Positions 7,403 through 15,330 are shown, counted from the first letter of the stretch. The stretch is DNA of 26,736 bases from a virus (IMGVR_UViG_3300044806_000184:1-26736); one strand, 5' to 3'. Notes: a model not told the origin generated them from the letters alone. Program-made: numbers and translations.

Positions 7403-7487
7403 CCCGGAGTGGTGAAATCGCTAAACACATCAGTCTTAAACATTGACGCCTTTGGGCTTGCGGGTTGGATTCCCGCCTCCGGGACCA
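7403..7487 (+). tRNA. trnL: tRNA-Leu(UAA)
   Basis: Acceptor CCCGGAG/CTCCGGG, discriminator A, CCA, anticodon arm TCAGT-CTTAAAC-ATTGA, long variable arm, T-arm GCGGG-TTGGATT-CCCGC. Confidence 0.92.
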
Positions 7488-7501
7488 TTTAAGGAAACAC
7501 T

Positions 7502-7693
7502 ATGACTAGAGATGAAGCGTATAAAGTAATTGATGAAAGTCTCGGTGGGTATTTGTGTGAGGATTGTCCTTACTATATTGTGGGTGTTGATCCTCCTGAG
7601 TATGGAGATGTGTTCCCTAAACAATGGAAAGATTGTTGTGTAGATAATCCTTTTCATTGTCCTTATGTAGATATGGAGGTAAATAGTGGCTAA
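7502..7693 (+). CDS. Hypothetical Cys-rich protein
   Basis: TAAGGA SD; CEDC...CC...HCP. Confidence 0.7.
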   Translation: MTRDEAYKVIDESLGGYLCEDCPYYIVGVDPPEYGDVFPKQWKDCCVDNPFHCPYVDMEVNSG

Positions 7694-7880
7694 GGTTACG
7701 GTGTTTCTTGATTGCCCTTCTATAGCTCATTACTACTCTGGAGATGAAGATATCCCTGGTGTATTTGTAGGAACTTTTGAGGAAGGTCGTCAAAAGATTA
7801 TTGACAAACTCCATGCTTACATTAAGCAGTTGGAGTCTGTTACCTATAGCGATTGGAAAAAGAATCATGGTGTGCTATGA
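7686..7880 (+). CDS. Hypothetical protein
   Basis: GGAGGT SD, GTG start overlapping upstream gene. Confidence 0.65.
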   Translation: MAKVTVFLDCPSIAHYYSGDEDIPGVFVGTFEEGRQKIIDKLHAYIKQLESVTYSDWKKNHGVL

Positions 7881-8194
7881 TTAATTATGATTTGGCTAGG
7901 AGGAGGGGTCTCTCTCCTGAAACTATTGTGGAGATTGAGAAACTTCAAGAATATAGGGAGCTTCTAGGAAAGCTCTATCTTGATGGGGGCATCTCTGCGG
8001 CACATTACCGAGAGGCTTGGACAATTAATGAATTTAATCTACAGGCTCTCTGGCAATTTCCATTGGATGCTAACTATCATATGTTCTGGAGAATGGCAGG
8101 ATGTACTTGTCCTAAGATGGATAATGAAGATGCTTGGGGTATTGGATGCAACGTATACTCTTCCACTTGCCCTATACATGGAGGTTTCGTATGA
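7877..8194 (+). CDS. Hypothetical protein with CTCP...CPIHG putative Zn site
   Basis: ATGA overlap at 7877; CTCPKMDN...CPIHG motif. Confidence 0.75.
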   Translation: MINYDLARRRGLSPETIVEIEKLQEYRELLGKLYLDGGISAAHYREAWTINEFNLQALWQFPLDANYHMFWRMAGCTCPKMDNEDAWGIGCNVYSSTCPIHGGFV

Positions 8195-8385
8195 CAGATA
8201 TCTACACTCCTCGTCTTCATGGCAAGACTATCTATGAATGGACTCAGCTAGGGCTCTTCACTATGAAGGATATTAAAGCTTATGCTGAGAAAGAGAAGGC
8301 TCAACTTGAGTTGCCTTTTGATGAGGATCGAATTGACATTATAGGAGCCAATGGGAATACGGGGGATCATTATGGAAAAGTATGA
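8191..8385 (+). CDS. Hypothetical protein
   Basis: GGAGGT SD, ATGA overlap; EDRIDIIGANGNTGDHY motif of a kind recurrent in phage small proteins. Confidence 0.7.
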   Translation: MTDIYTPRLHGKTIYEWTQLGLFTMKDIKAYAEKEKAQLELPFDEDRIDIIGANGNTGDHYGKV

Positions 8386-8536
8386 ACAACCTGGAGAACG
8401 TCTTCATAGTAAAGTACCTACAGACAAGTATAAAGAAGCATATGATCGTATCTTTGGTAAAAAACAGTATTGGTACGAAAAGAAATTAGAGAAAGAAAAT
8501 AATGAACATCCTACGGAAACTCAAGAAGACAAATGA
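8372..8536 (+). CDS. Hypothetical protein
   Basis: GGGGGA SD; SKVPTDKYKEAYDRIFGKK motif. Confidence 0.65.
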   Translation: MEKYEQPGERLHSKVPTDKYKEAYDRIFGKKQYWYEKKLEKENNEHPTETQEDK

Positions 8537-8654
8537 AGAAATCTATGAAGGAAACATTCGATCTGACTTCTCTACAACTCGAACAGTAGTTGTAGCTACT
8601 ATCATTGAAGGTTGCTTTTGTATCCTTTGGTCTTCCTTTTGGAATAAGAGATGA
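8502..8654 (+). CDS. Hypothetical 50-aa protein (not in ORF track)
   Basis: Manual translation MNILRKLKKTNEE...ILWSSFWNKR; fills the gap and its TGA overlaps the exonuclease ATG. Confidence 0.5.
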   Translation: MNILRKLKKTNEEIYEGNIRSDFSTTRTVVVATIIEGCFCILWSSFWNKR

Positions 8655-9364
8655 AACGTCAGAGACTCCAGTACAAACCGATTGATGGCACTCTTGCCCT
8701 CTTGGATGGGGACATAATCTGCTACCGCATAGGATTCACTACACAAGATGTTAATGAGAAAATTACTCTCTCTCGTATTAATTCCTATCTGGATAATATT
8801 CTATTTGATAGTGGTGCTAGTGATTATGTTATCTATCTTACTGGAAACAATAATTACAGAAAAGTAATTTATCCTGAATACAAAGCCAATCGTACTCAAG
8901 AGAAACCTAAACATTATGAACTGATTCGTGAATACCTCATGAATCATGAAGCTGCTGTAATGTGTGAGGAGGAAGAGGCTGATGATGTTATTGGGTATTC
9001 CCAAACAGAGAGTACTATCATCTGCACGATAGATAAGGACCTCGACCAGATTCCTGGAAGACACTTTAACTTCGTAAAGAATAAGCATTATGAAGTGACA
9101 GAAGATGAAGGTCTTGCTTTCTTCTATTCTCAATTGTTGACAGGGGATAGGGTCGATAATATCCCTGGTCTTCCTAAAGTTGGCCCTGTCAAGGCTAAGA
9201 AAATCCTAGGAGAGTGGACTGATGAACAAGATGCTAAAACAAAAACTCTTGAAGCCTACAAAGAACTCCTGGGAATGGATGAAGAAAAAGCAAGAGAAAG
9301 AATTAACCTTATTGGGAAACTCCTGTGGATTAGGAAAAAAGAAAATGAGCTTTGGGAATTTTAA
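8651..9364 (+). CDS. 5'-3' exonuclease (T7 gp6 / flap endonuclease family)
   Basis: LLDGDIICY, YKANR, EADD, DKDLDQIPG, LTGDRVDNIPGL motifs. Confidence 0.93.
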   Translation: MKRQRLQYKPIDGTLALLDGDIICYRIGFTTQDVNEKITLSRINSYLDNILFDSGASDYVIYLTGNNNYRKVIYPEYKANRTQEKPKHYELIREYLMNHEAAVMCEEEEADDVIGYSQTESTIICTIDKDLDQIPGRHFNFVKNKHYEVTEDEGLAFFYSQLLTGDRVDNIPGLPKVGPVKAKKILGEWTDEQDAKTKTLEAYKELLGMDEEKARERINLIGKLLWIRKKENELWEF

Positions 9365-9721
9365 ATGATCTGGACCGACGCAAGGAAACGAGGCTTTATC
9401 ATCTCTCTTCTCCGTAAGGGTTTCTCTCGTTTCCCTGCTAAATATGAAGCACTGAAGAAAGCTTTTGTAGGGAGGAAACCTAATAAAGCTACAGGCAGAT
9501 TAGCTGCTCATTACAAATGTGCTAAATGTAAAAAGGAGTTTGTCAAGGTAGATGTTGAAGTAGATCATATAATTACAGTCGTAGATGTTGAGAAAGGGTT
9601 TACAAGTTTTGAAGAGTATGTTGACAGACTCTTCTGTTCTCCTGACAATCTCCAAATTTTATGTAAGCCCTGCCATCGAAAGAAAACTCTTGCTGAAATG
9701 AAGAAAAGGAAGAAGAAATGA
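9365..9721 (+). CDS. HNH endonuclease
   Basis: CAKC...VEVDHI...NLQILCKPCH. Confidence 0.85.
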   Translation: MIWTDARKRGFIISLLRKGFSRFPAKYEALKKAFVGRKPNKATGRLAAHYKCAKCKKEFVKVDVEVDHIITVVDVEKGFTSFEEYVDRLFCSPDNLQILCKPCHRKKTLAEMKKRKKK

Positions 9722-9972
9722 AATTTAAGAAAGAAGACCTTCTTAATGATGTTTTTGAAGAAGTCTATGAGAAAGTTACAGATACTTCTCGTTGGTCCAC
9801 GAATTATGAAAAAGTTTTTAAGTACGAGGATAAATTCTATATTACTTGGTTTAGTAGGGGGGCTACTGAGTATCAAGATGAATCTCCCTATGAGGATGAA
9901 GGAGATGAAATTGAATGTCCTGAAGTAATCCCCACTGAAGAAACTATCATTGTGTATAAGGTGAAAAAATGA
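9718..9972 (+). CDS. Hypothetical acidic protein
   Basis: ATGA overlap; DTSRWS...GATEYQDESP. Confidence 0.75.
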   Translation: MKFKKEDLLNDVFEEVYEKVTDTSRWSTNYEKVFKYEDKFYITWFSRGATEYQDESPYEDEGDEIECPEVIPTEETIIVYKVKK

Positions 9973-10217
9973 AATGGTATGAAGACCTTTTTGCTTGGGC
10001 TTCTATATTTCTAGTAGGTGCAGCCGCTTCTCTTGGTATGTATTTTGTAGGGAAGTATGAGGTAGTTGAGAGTTGTAAACATTATGGAGCCTATGTTATC
10101 TCTGACAAGGAGAGTATTCTTTGTGTAGTTAAACCTATGATTAAAGAGAATCAGGGAGAGCTACAATATCTCCGTCCTAATGGAAAGAAAGTAATTCAAG
10201 TGAAAGGTATCGAATGA
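9969..10217 (+). CDS. Hypothetical membrane-anchored protein
   Basis: ATGA overlap; N-terminal hydrophobic helix; two Cys. Confidence 0.7.
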   Translation: MKWYEDLFAWASIFLVGAAASLGMYFVGKYEVVESCKHYGAYVISDKESILCVVKPMIKENQGELQYLRPNGKKVIQVKGIE

Positions 10218-10972
10218 AGGTTCATGCTGTTATTCCTGACGTTCAAGCCAAACCTGGGAACAACTTTAAGTTCCTAGAGCGGGTCGGTCATTATCTAGCT
10301 GACAAGAAGCCTGATGTTATTGTCCAGATTGGTGACTTTGCTGATATGGAGTCTCTAAGCTCTTATGACAAAGGTAAGAAGAGCTTTGAGGGTAGGAGCT
10401 ACACTCGGGACATTGAAGCTGCTAACGAGGCTATGGATGCCCTTGTAGGGCCTATGCTAGATGAGATGCTTCGTCTTAAGAAGAATAAAGAGAAGCAATG
10501 GAGACCTCGCTTCATCCTTACCCTTGGTAACCATGAGGAGCGTATTAATCGAGCCATTGAAGAAGATAGGAAACTAGATGGCCTTATTTCTGTTTCTGAT
10601 CTGCCTTATGCTGGTTGGGAAGTTCATCCGTTTCTTGAGCCAGTAGAAATTGATGGTGTTTTCTATTGCCACTATTTCCCAACGGGTGTTCTGGGTAGGC
10701 CTGCTGTTACTGCTAGTGCTATGGTTAGTAAGCTGCATGCAAGCTGTGTTGCAGGACACCAACAAGGTAAACAAGTAGCTTATGGAAAACGCCCAGATGG
10801 TTCTATGATAACCTGCATTATGGCAGGCTCTTGCTACGAGCACACCGAATCTTATTTAGACTACCAAAGTAATAAACATTGGAGAGGTATTATTATGCTA
10901 CATGAAGTTAACAAGGGGACTTTTGATGAGATGTTTGTATCTCTGGGTTATTTAGAGAAAAAGTATGAATAA
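10214..10972 (+). CDS. Calcineurin-like metallophosphoesterase
   Basis: IPDVQ, GDFAD, GNHE, CH, GHQQ motifs. Confidence 0.9.
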   Translation: MKVHAVIPDVQAKPGNNFKFLERVGHYLADKKPDVIVQIGDFADMESLSSYDKGKKSFEGRSYTRDIEAANEAMDALVGPMLDEMLRLKKNKEKQWRPRFILTLGNHEERINRAIEEDRKLDGLISVSDLPYAGWEVHPFLEPVEIDGVFYCHYFPTGVLGRPAVTASAMVSKLHASCVAGHQQGKQVAYGKRPDGSMITCIMAGSCYEHTESYLDYQSNKHWRGIIMLHEVNKGTFDEMFVSLGYLEKKYE

Positions 10973-11282
10973 ATATAAAGGCAGAGAGGATTGGTATGCT
11001 GCATATTATAAGAGAAATAAAGAAAAATACCAACACAATCAGAGAAAGAGACTCTACGGGTTACAACCAGAGCAATTAGAATTTCTCCTTATTTCGCAAA
11101 ATAACTCTTGTGCAATTTGCAAAGCACCTTTTTCTGAAACACCCCATGTAGATCATTGTCATATAACTAAGGGAGTTAGGGGTTTGCTCTGTCGCAGATG
11201 TAACACTGGTTTGGGTTATTATGAGAAGTATGCAGAACAATTTAAAGAATATCTAGAGGGCTCCACAAATGAATTTTTGTAA
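10965..11282 (+). CDS. Endonuclease VII family protein
   Basis: CAIC...HVDHCH...VRGLLCRRCNTGLG. Confidence 0.9.
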   Translation: MNKYKGREDWYAAYYKRNKEKYQHNQRKRLYGLQPEQLEFLLISQNNSCAICKAPFSETPHVDHCHITKGVRGLLCRRCNTGLGYYEKYAEQFKEYLEGSTNEFL

Positions 11283-11643
11283 TAGACTTGCTAATGTTTC
11301 TAACAGGTTTCAAGGAGATACTAAGAAAGTACTCTGTGTCTGTAGTGCTGGACTTCTCCGTAGCCCTACAATGGCTGTAGTACTCTCTCAAGAACCTTAC
11401 AACTATAATACTCGGGCAGCAGGCTTGAGTAAAGAATATGCTCTTATTCTTGTAGATGACGTGCTTTTACATTGGGCAGATGAATTTGTCTGTGCTGAGT
11501 CTTGGATGTCTCAGGAGATTGAAGAGATGCTAAAGGCTTTAGGTATGGAACATAAAGATATTATTGCTTTGGATATTCCTGATAAATATGAATATAGGAA
11601 CCCAGAACTCATGCAGCTAATTAGGGAGAAGTATGATGGGTGA
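11269..11643 (+). CDS. Low-molecular-weight protein tyrosine phosphatase-fold protein
   Basis: KVLCVCSAGLLRSPT (CX5RS P-loop), WAD, LDIPDKY acid loop. Confidence 0.85.
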   Translation: MNFCNRLANVSNRFQGDTKKVLCVCSAGLLRSPTMAVVLSQEPYNYNTRAAGLSKEYALILVDDVLLHWADEFVCAESWMSQEIEEMLKALGMEHKDIIALDIPDKYEYRNPELMQLIREKYDG

Positions 11644-11926
11644 TTGTTCAGACATTTTGTATGAAGACCTGTTCTCTGAGAAGATTGGAGGTACATCAGA
11701 CCAACCAATCTATCGTGTATCTTTTAAAGATAAAACTTCTTGGGATTATGTTCTAGAAGATATTGCTAAAAGGGAGAGAATGGGATATAATAAGTATGGT
11801 AAGTACCTCACAGAGGATACTGATGAGGATATGCTAAACCATGCTTATAATGAAGCTCTAGACCTTGTAGTTTATCTTCGTACCCTCATCCTTCAAAGAG
11901 GAGGGAGGTATGATCCAAGTTTATGA
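11633..11926 (+). CDS. Hypothetical protein, possibly all-alpha NTP pyrophosphohydrolase-like
   Basis: R..MG..KYG..L...HAYNEALDLVVYL pattern; the function call is weak. Confidence 0.55.
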   Translation: MMGDCSDILYEDLFSEKIGGTSDQPIYRVSFKDKTSWDYVLEDIAKRERMGYNKYGKYLTEDTDEDMLNHAYNEALDLVVYLRTLILQRGGRYDPSL

Positions 11927-11989
11927 GAAATCCCTCTAATTGTAAATGGTCTTCCCGAAAAGAACAAGCAAATAATAGAAGGAAATTTA

Positions 11990-12187
11990 ATGAAATTTGA
12001 ACGAGTATCTATCCATATTACCAATCATGATGAGGATAACGCAACTGTTAAACTAGAGTTCTTTCCTCCCCTTCCTGAAGATGAAAATGATATTGAAGAG
12101 CAACCTTGCTTGAATGTCCTTGACATGCTTCTGGATACGCTCGCTGAGCTGGGGGAGGCTGATCCACAGGTGGAATACTTGCAATGA
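11990..12187 (+). CDS. Hypothetical acidic protein
   Basis: AAGGA SD, ATG. Confidence 0.65.
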   Translation: MKFERVSIHITNHDEDNATVKLEFFPPLPEDENDIEEQPCLNVLDMLLDTLAELGEADPQVEYLQ

Positions 12188-12375
12188 CTTTTCTAGAGTT
12201 GTGTGAGAAGCTTTCTATGGAGGAGGAGACTATTCTCCTTGAGTTGTTGGAGATTACCAGTGAAGAGATTGTCGAAAGATTCCTCGACCGGATCGAAGAA
12301 AAACAAGAGACCCTCCGATGGAAAGAAGGATTTGAAGACGCCACCTCCGAGGAAGATGAGAGAACTTCTGAATAA
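12184..12375 (+). CDS. Hypothetical phage protein
   Basis: ATGA overlap; LLELLEITSEEIVERFLDRIEE. Confidence 0.7.
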   Translation: MTFLELCEKLSMEEETILLELLEITSEEIVERFLDRIEEKQETLRWKEGFEDATSEEDERTSE

Positions 12376-12433
12376 TCGGGAATGGGATTGTGAATTGAAA
12401 GAAATGTATAAAGGGATTAATAGTGCTACCTAG
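12332..12433 (+). CDS. Possible small protein coupling to nrdJ (start 12332 TTG or 12356 ATG)
   Basis: GAAGGA before TTG; fills the gap and overlaps the RNR start. Confidence 0.4.
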   Translation: MKTPPPRKMRELLNNREWDCELKEMYKGINSAT

Positions 12434-14321
12434 TCTTTATCAAGAAATTATCCATCAAAGTCGTTATGCTCGTTTTCTTCCTGACCAACATCGAAGGGAG
12501 ACTTGGGAAGAAACTGTTCAGAGGCTTATGGACTATCTCTGGAGTAAGGTAAGTGACGGGCTTATCCAGGATAAGGTGAATGAAGTTAAACAAGCTGTCC
12601 TCAATCTAGAAATCATGCCCTCCATGAGACTTATGATGACGGCCGGAGAGGCTTGTGAGAGAGATAATATCTCTGCTTACAATTGCTCTTATCTTGCTGT
12701 AAACAATAAGAGGGCCTTCTCTGAGGCTCTTTACATTCTTATGAATGGTACGGGTGTTGGGTTTAGTTGTGAAAGGCAAGAGGTTGCAAAGCTTCCTCCT
12801 ATTCCTTTTGAACTCAAGCATGTTGATGATGTTATTGTTGTAGGAGATAGCAAACTTGGATGGGCTAAGTCCTTTAAAAAGCTCTTGTCCTCATTGTGGG
12901 AAGGAGACATTCCATCTGTTGACTATACGAAGGTACGTCCAGCAGGGGCACGACTTGTTACCTTCGGGGGACGGGCTTCTGGACCTGAACCTTTGCGGCG
13001 ATTGTTCGAATTTACTATGGAAACTTTTAAGCGAGCAAAGGGTAGAAAACTTAATAGCCTTGAAGTACACGACATGATGTGTATGATTGGGGAGATTGTT
13101 GTGGTGGGTGGGGTGAGGCGATCTGCTCTTATTTCTCTCTCCAATCTCTCTGATAGGCGTATGGCTGAGGCTAAGAGTGGTGCATGGTGGGAAGCTAACT
13201 CTCAACGATCTTTGGCTAATAATTCTGTAGCTTATACGGAGAAACCTGATGCTACGACTTTCCTGGAAGAATGGACTACTCTTGTTAAATCCAAGTCAGG
13301 AGAACGTGGAATCTTTAACCGAGAAGCTTCTCAACGTCAAGCAGCTAAGTGGGGACGGAGAGATAAAGATCGAGAGTACGGAACTAACCCATGCAGTGAA
13401 ATTATTCTTCGTGATAAACAGTTCTGCAATCTTACGGAAGTGGTTGTTAGAGCGGATGACACATTTGACGATCTTAAACGAAAAGTTGAACTTGCCACAA
13501 TTCTGGGAACTATTCAGTCTACCCTCACAAGTTTCCAATTCCTAAGTGAGGAGTGGAAGAAGAATACTGAGGAAGAGAGACTTCTTGGCGTTTCTTTGAC
13601 AGGTATTATGGATCATCCAGTAATGAATGGGACCTATAACTTTGAATTTGAAGCAGACTCATTAGAAGAATGGTTAGAGAAATTACGAGACCATGCAAGG
13701 AATGTAAATGAAGAGTGGGCTAGTAAATTAGGAATCCCCGCAAGTGCTTCAATTACTTGCGTTAAACCTTCTGGTACTGTTAGCCAGCTTGTTGACTCTG
13801 CCAGCGGCATTCATGCTCGTCATAACCCATATTATATTAGACGTATCCGTATGGATAAAAAGGACAGTATCTACAAATTCTTAAAAGACAAAGGTGTCCC
13901 TGTAGAAGATGAAGCTTTTCGTCCTGAGTCTACAGCAGTATTCTCTTTTCCTATGAAAGCTCCTGAAGGTGCTGTATGTCGTATGGATAAGACAGCTATT
14001 GAGCAACTTGAACTATGGCTTACCTATCAACGACATTGGTGTGAGCATAAGCCATCTGTAACCATCTCTGTTAAGGATAATGAATGGATGGAGGTAGGAG
14101 CTTGGGTATGGAAGCACTTTGATGAAATGTCTGGTGTATCCTTCCTTCCCTTCTCAGATCACACTTACCAACAAGCTCCTTACACCGATTGTACTAAAGA
14201 AGAGTATGAAGAGCTTCTGGCTAAGATGCCTACAGTTGATTGGTCTGAATTTGTGGAGAAGGAAGACAATACGGAGGGGATGCAACAGCTTGCTTGTGTT
14301 GCGGGGGTGTGTGAGATATGA
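12423..14321 (+). CDS. nrdJ: Class II (adenosylcobalamin-dependent) ribonucleotide reductase
   Basis: YNCS, GTGVGFS, GGVRRSA, TNPCSEI, FCNL, CVKPSGT, C-terminal CVAGVC; no nrdB partner gene nearby. Confidence 0.93.
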   Translation: MLPSLYQEIIHQSRYARFLPDQHRRETWEETVQRLMDYLWSKVSDGLIQDKVNEVKQAVLNLEIMPSMRLMMTAGEACERDNISAYNCSYLAVNNKRAFSEALYILMNGTGVGFSCERQEVAKLPPIPFELKHVDDVIVVGDSKLGWAKSFKKLLSSLWEGDIPSVDYTKVRPAGARLVTFGGRASGPEPLRRLFEFTMETFKRAKGRKLNSLEVHDMMCMIGEIVVVGGVRRSALISLSNLSDRRMAEAKSGAWWEANSQRSLANNSVAYTEKPDATTFLEEWTTLVKSKSGERGIFNREASQRQAAKWGRRDKDREYGTNPCSEIILRDKQFCNLTEVVVRADDTFDDLKRKVELATILGTIQSTLTSFQFLSEEWKKNTEEERLLGVSLTGIMDHPVMNGTYNFEFEADSLEEWLEKLRDHARNVNEEWASKLGIPASASITCVKPSGTVSQLVDSASGIHARHNPYYIRRIRMDKKDSIYKFLKDKGVPVEDEAFRPESTAVFSFPMKAPEGAVCRMDKTAIEQLELWLTYQRHWCEHKPSVTISVKDNEWMEVGAWVWKHFDEMSGVSFLPFSDHTYQQAPYTDCTKEEYEELLAKMPTVDWSEFVEKEDNTEGMQQLACVAGVCEI

Positions 14322-14425
14322 GATGTATCAAGCAATGTAAGCTCTCTCCCTGTAAAACATATTGCCTTGGTTGTAAACGAACTATGGAAGAGATTAGAGA
14401 TGCGGGTAGCAATCGTAGGAAGTAG
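14318..14425 (+). CDS. DUF1289-like small Cys-rich protein (35 aa, not in ORF track)
   Basis: Manual translation MRCIKQCKLSPCKTYCLGCKRTMEEIRDAGSNRRK; CxxxC...CxGCxRTxxEI signature; ATGA overlap with nrdJ stop. Confidence 0.75.
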   Translation: MRCIKQCKLSPCKTYCLGCKRTMEEIRDAGSNRRK

Positions 14426-14768
14426 ACACATAGATGATAGTCATTATGTTTTTCCTCATATTGCTCGGTTTATTAAGGAGCATACTTTTGGAAATGTTAC
14501 AATTGTTTCAGGTGGTGCGAAGGGAGTAGATAGTTTAGCTAAGGAATATGCTAAACAAAATGGGCTAGACTTTATTGAGTTTCAACCCTATCATGTACTA
14601 GATAAGCTTACACCTTTTGAGAAGAAATACTTCTTCATTAGGAATAGGCAAATCATTGACAACTGTGATAAGGTCTTAGCTTTTTGGGATGGGGTAAGTA
14701 GTGGAACTGAGCACGCTATTAAGTATGCTCAGAAACACAATAAACCAGTGATGATTATTAAATCTTAA
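14400..14768 (+). CDS. SLOG superfamily protein (YspA/DUF2493-like)
   Basis: VAIVGSR, IVSGGAKGVDSLA, RNRQII, AFWDGVSSGT; ATG 14400 preferred over 14367. Confidence 0.88.
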   Translation: MRVAIVGSRHIDDSHYVFPHIARFIKEHTFGNVTIVSGGAKGVDSLAKEYAKQNGLDFIEFQPYHVLDKLTPFEKKYFFIRNRQIIDNCDKVLAFWDGVSSGTEHAIKYAQKHNKPVMIIKS

Positions 14769-15047
14769 GGAGTTTTATATGAATTTTGGACAAGCATTAG
14801 AAGCAATGAAATCTGGTAAGAAAGTTTGTAGAGGGGGTTGGAATGGGAAGAGTAGGAAGCGTATGTTTCTTTTTCTAGTTCCTGGTAGTCACTTTGTTGT
14901 AAATCGTCCTCCTCTTTTAGGTATCTATCCTCCTGGTACAGAAGTGCCCTATCACGCGCATATAGATATGAGGACCGCTCAAGGGGATATAGTTCCTTGG
15001 CTTTGCTCTCAAACAGATATGTTAGCTGAGGATTGGATGATTATTAA
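14750..15047 (+). repeat. 12-bp direct repeat GATGATTATTAA (14750-14761 and 15036-15047)
   Basis: Exact match at the 3' ends of the SLOG gene and tad2; both copies encode MIIK. Confidence 0.85.
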
Positions 15048-15051
15048 GTAA
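14779..15051 (+). CDS. tad2: DUF2829 / Thoeris anti-defence 2 (Tad2)-like sponge protein
   Basis: MNFGQALEAMKSGKKVCRGGWNGK...WLCSQTDMLAEDW signature; TAAGGAG SD. Confidence 0.85.
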   Translation: MNFGQALEAMKSGKKVCRGGWNGKSRKRMFLFLVPGSHFVVNRPPLLGIYPPGTEVPYHAHIDMRTAQGDIVPWLCSQTDMLAEDWMIIK

Positions 15052-15058
15052 GCTTCTT

Positions 15059-15094
15059 GGGGGAGGGCATCTTGCCTTTCCCCTTTTTCTTTTT
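15059..15094 (+). terminator. Rho-independent terminator between the convergent arms
   Basis: GGGGGAGGGCA-TCT-TGCCTTTCCCC stem (11 bp, 2 GU) followed by TTTTTCTTTTT. Confidence 0.9.
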
Positions 15095-15102
15095 ACAGGC
15101 CA

Positions 15103-15330
15103 TTATTCTTCCTTACTGTGTAAAAGATATGCTTCAATACGATCAAGTTTAGCTAGTACAGCTTGATACATATCCCTAAAATCACCTTTACTTACATACT
15201 CTTTAGGTAGATTAATTTCTAATTGTTTCATATCTTCTCTTAGATCAGCTTGAGCATCCCAAAGGGTTTTAACAAACCAACCGATAATAGCTGTGATGGC
15301 ATAAGCACCCCATTTGAGAATCTCTTCCAT
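15103..15330 (-). CDS. Small membrane protein with coiled coil, holin-like candidate
   Basis: One TM helix then LPKEYVSKGDF...KLDRIE; lies in lysis region; AAGGA SD before ATG 15330. Confidence 0.65.
   Translation of the reverse strand: MEEILKWGAYAITAIIGWFVKTLWDAQADLREDMKQLEINLPKEYVSKGDFRDMYQAVLAKLDRIEAYLLHSKEE

Noticed and set aside
11911-11976. Two 9-codon micro-ORFs in the gap after 11926
   Set aside because: Too short to support; possibly decayed gene remnants. No promoter with valid spacing was found there.
202-14431. Minus-strand ORFs within the replication arm, including 7192-7488 over the tRNAs
   Set aside because: They overlap well-supported + strand genes or tRNAs and lack motifs.
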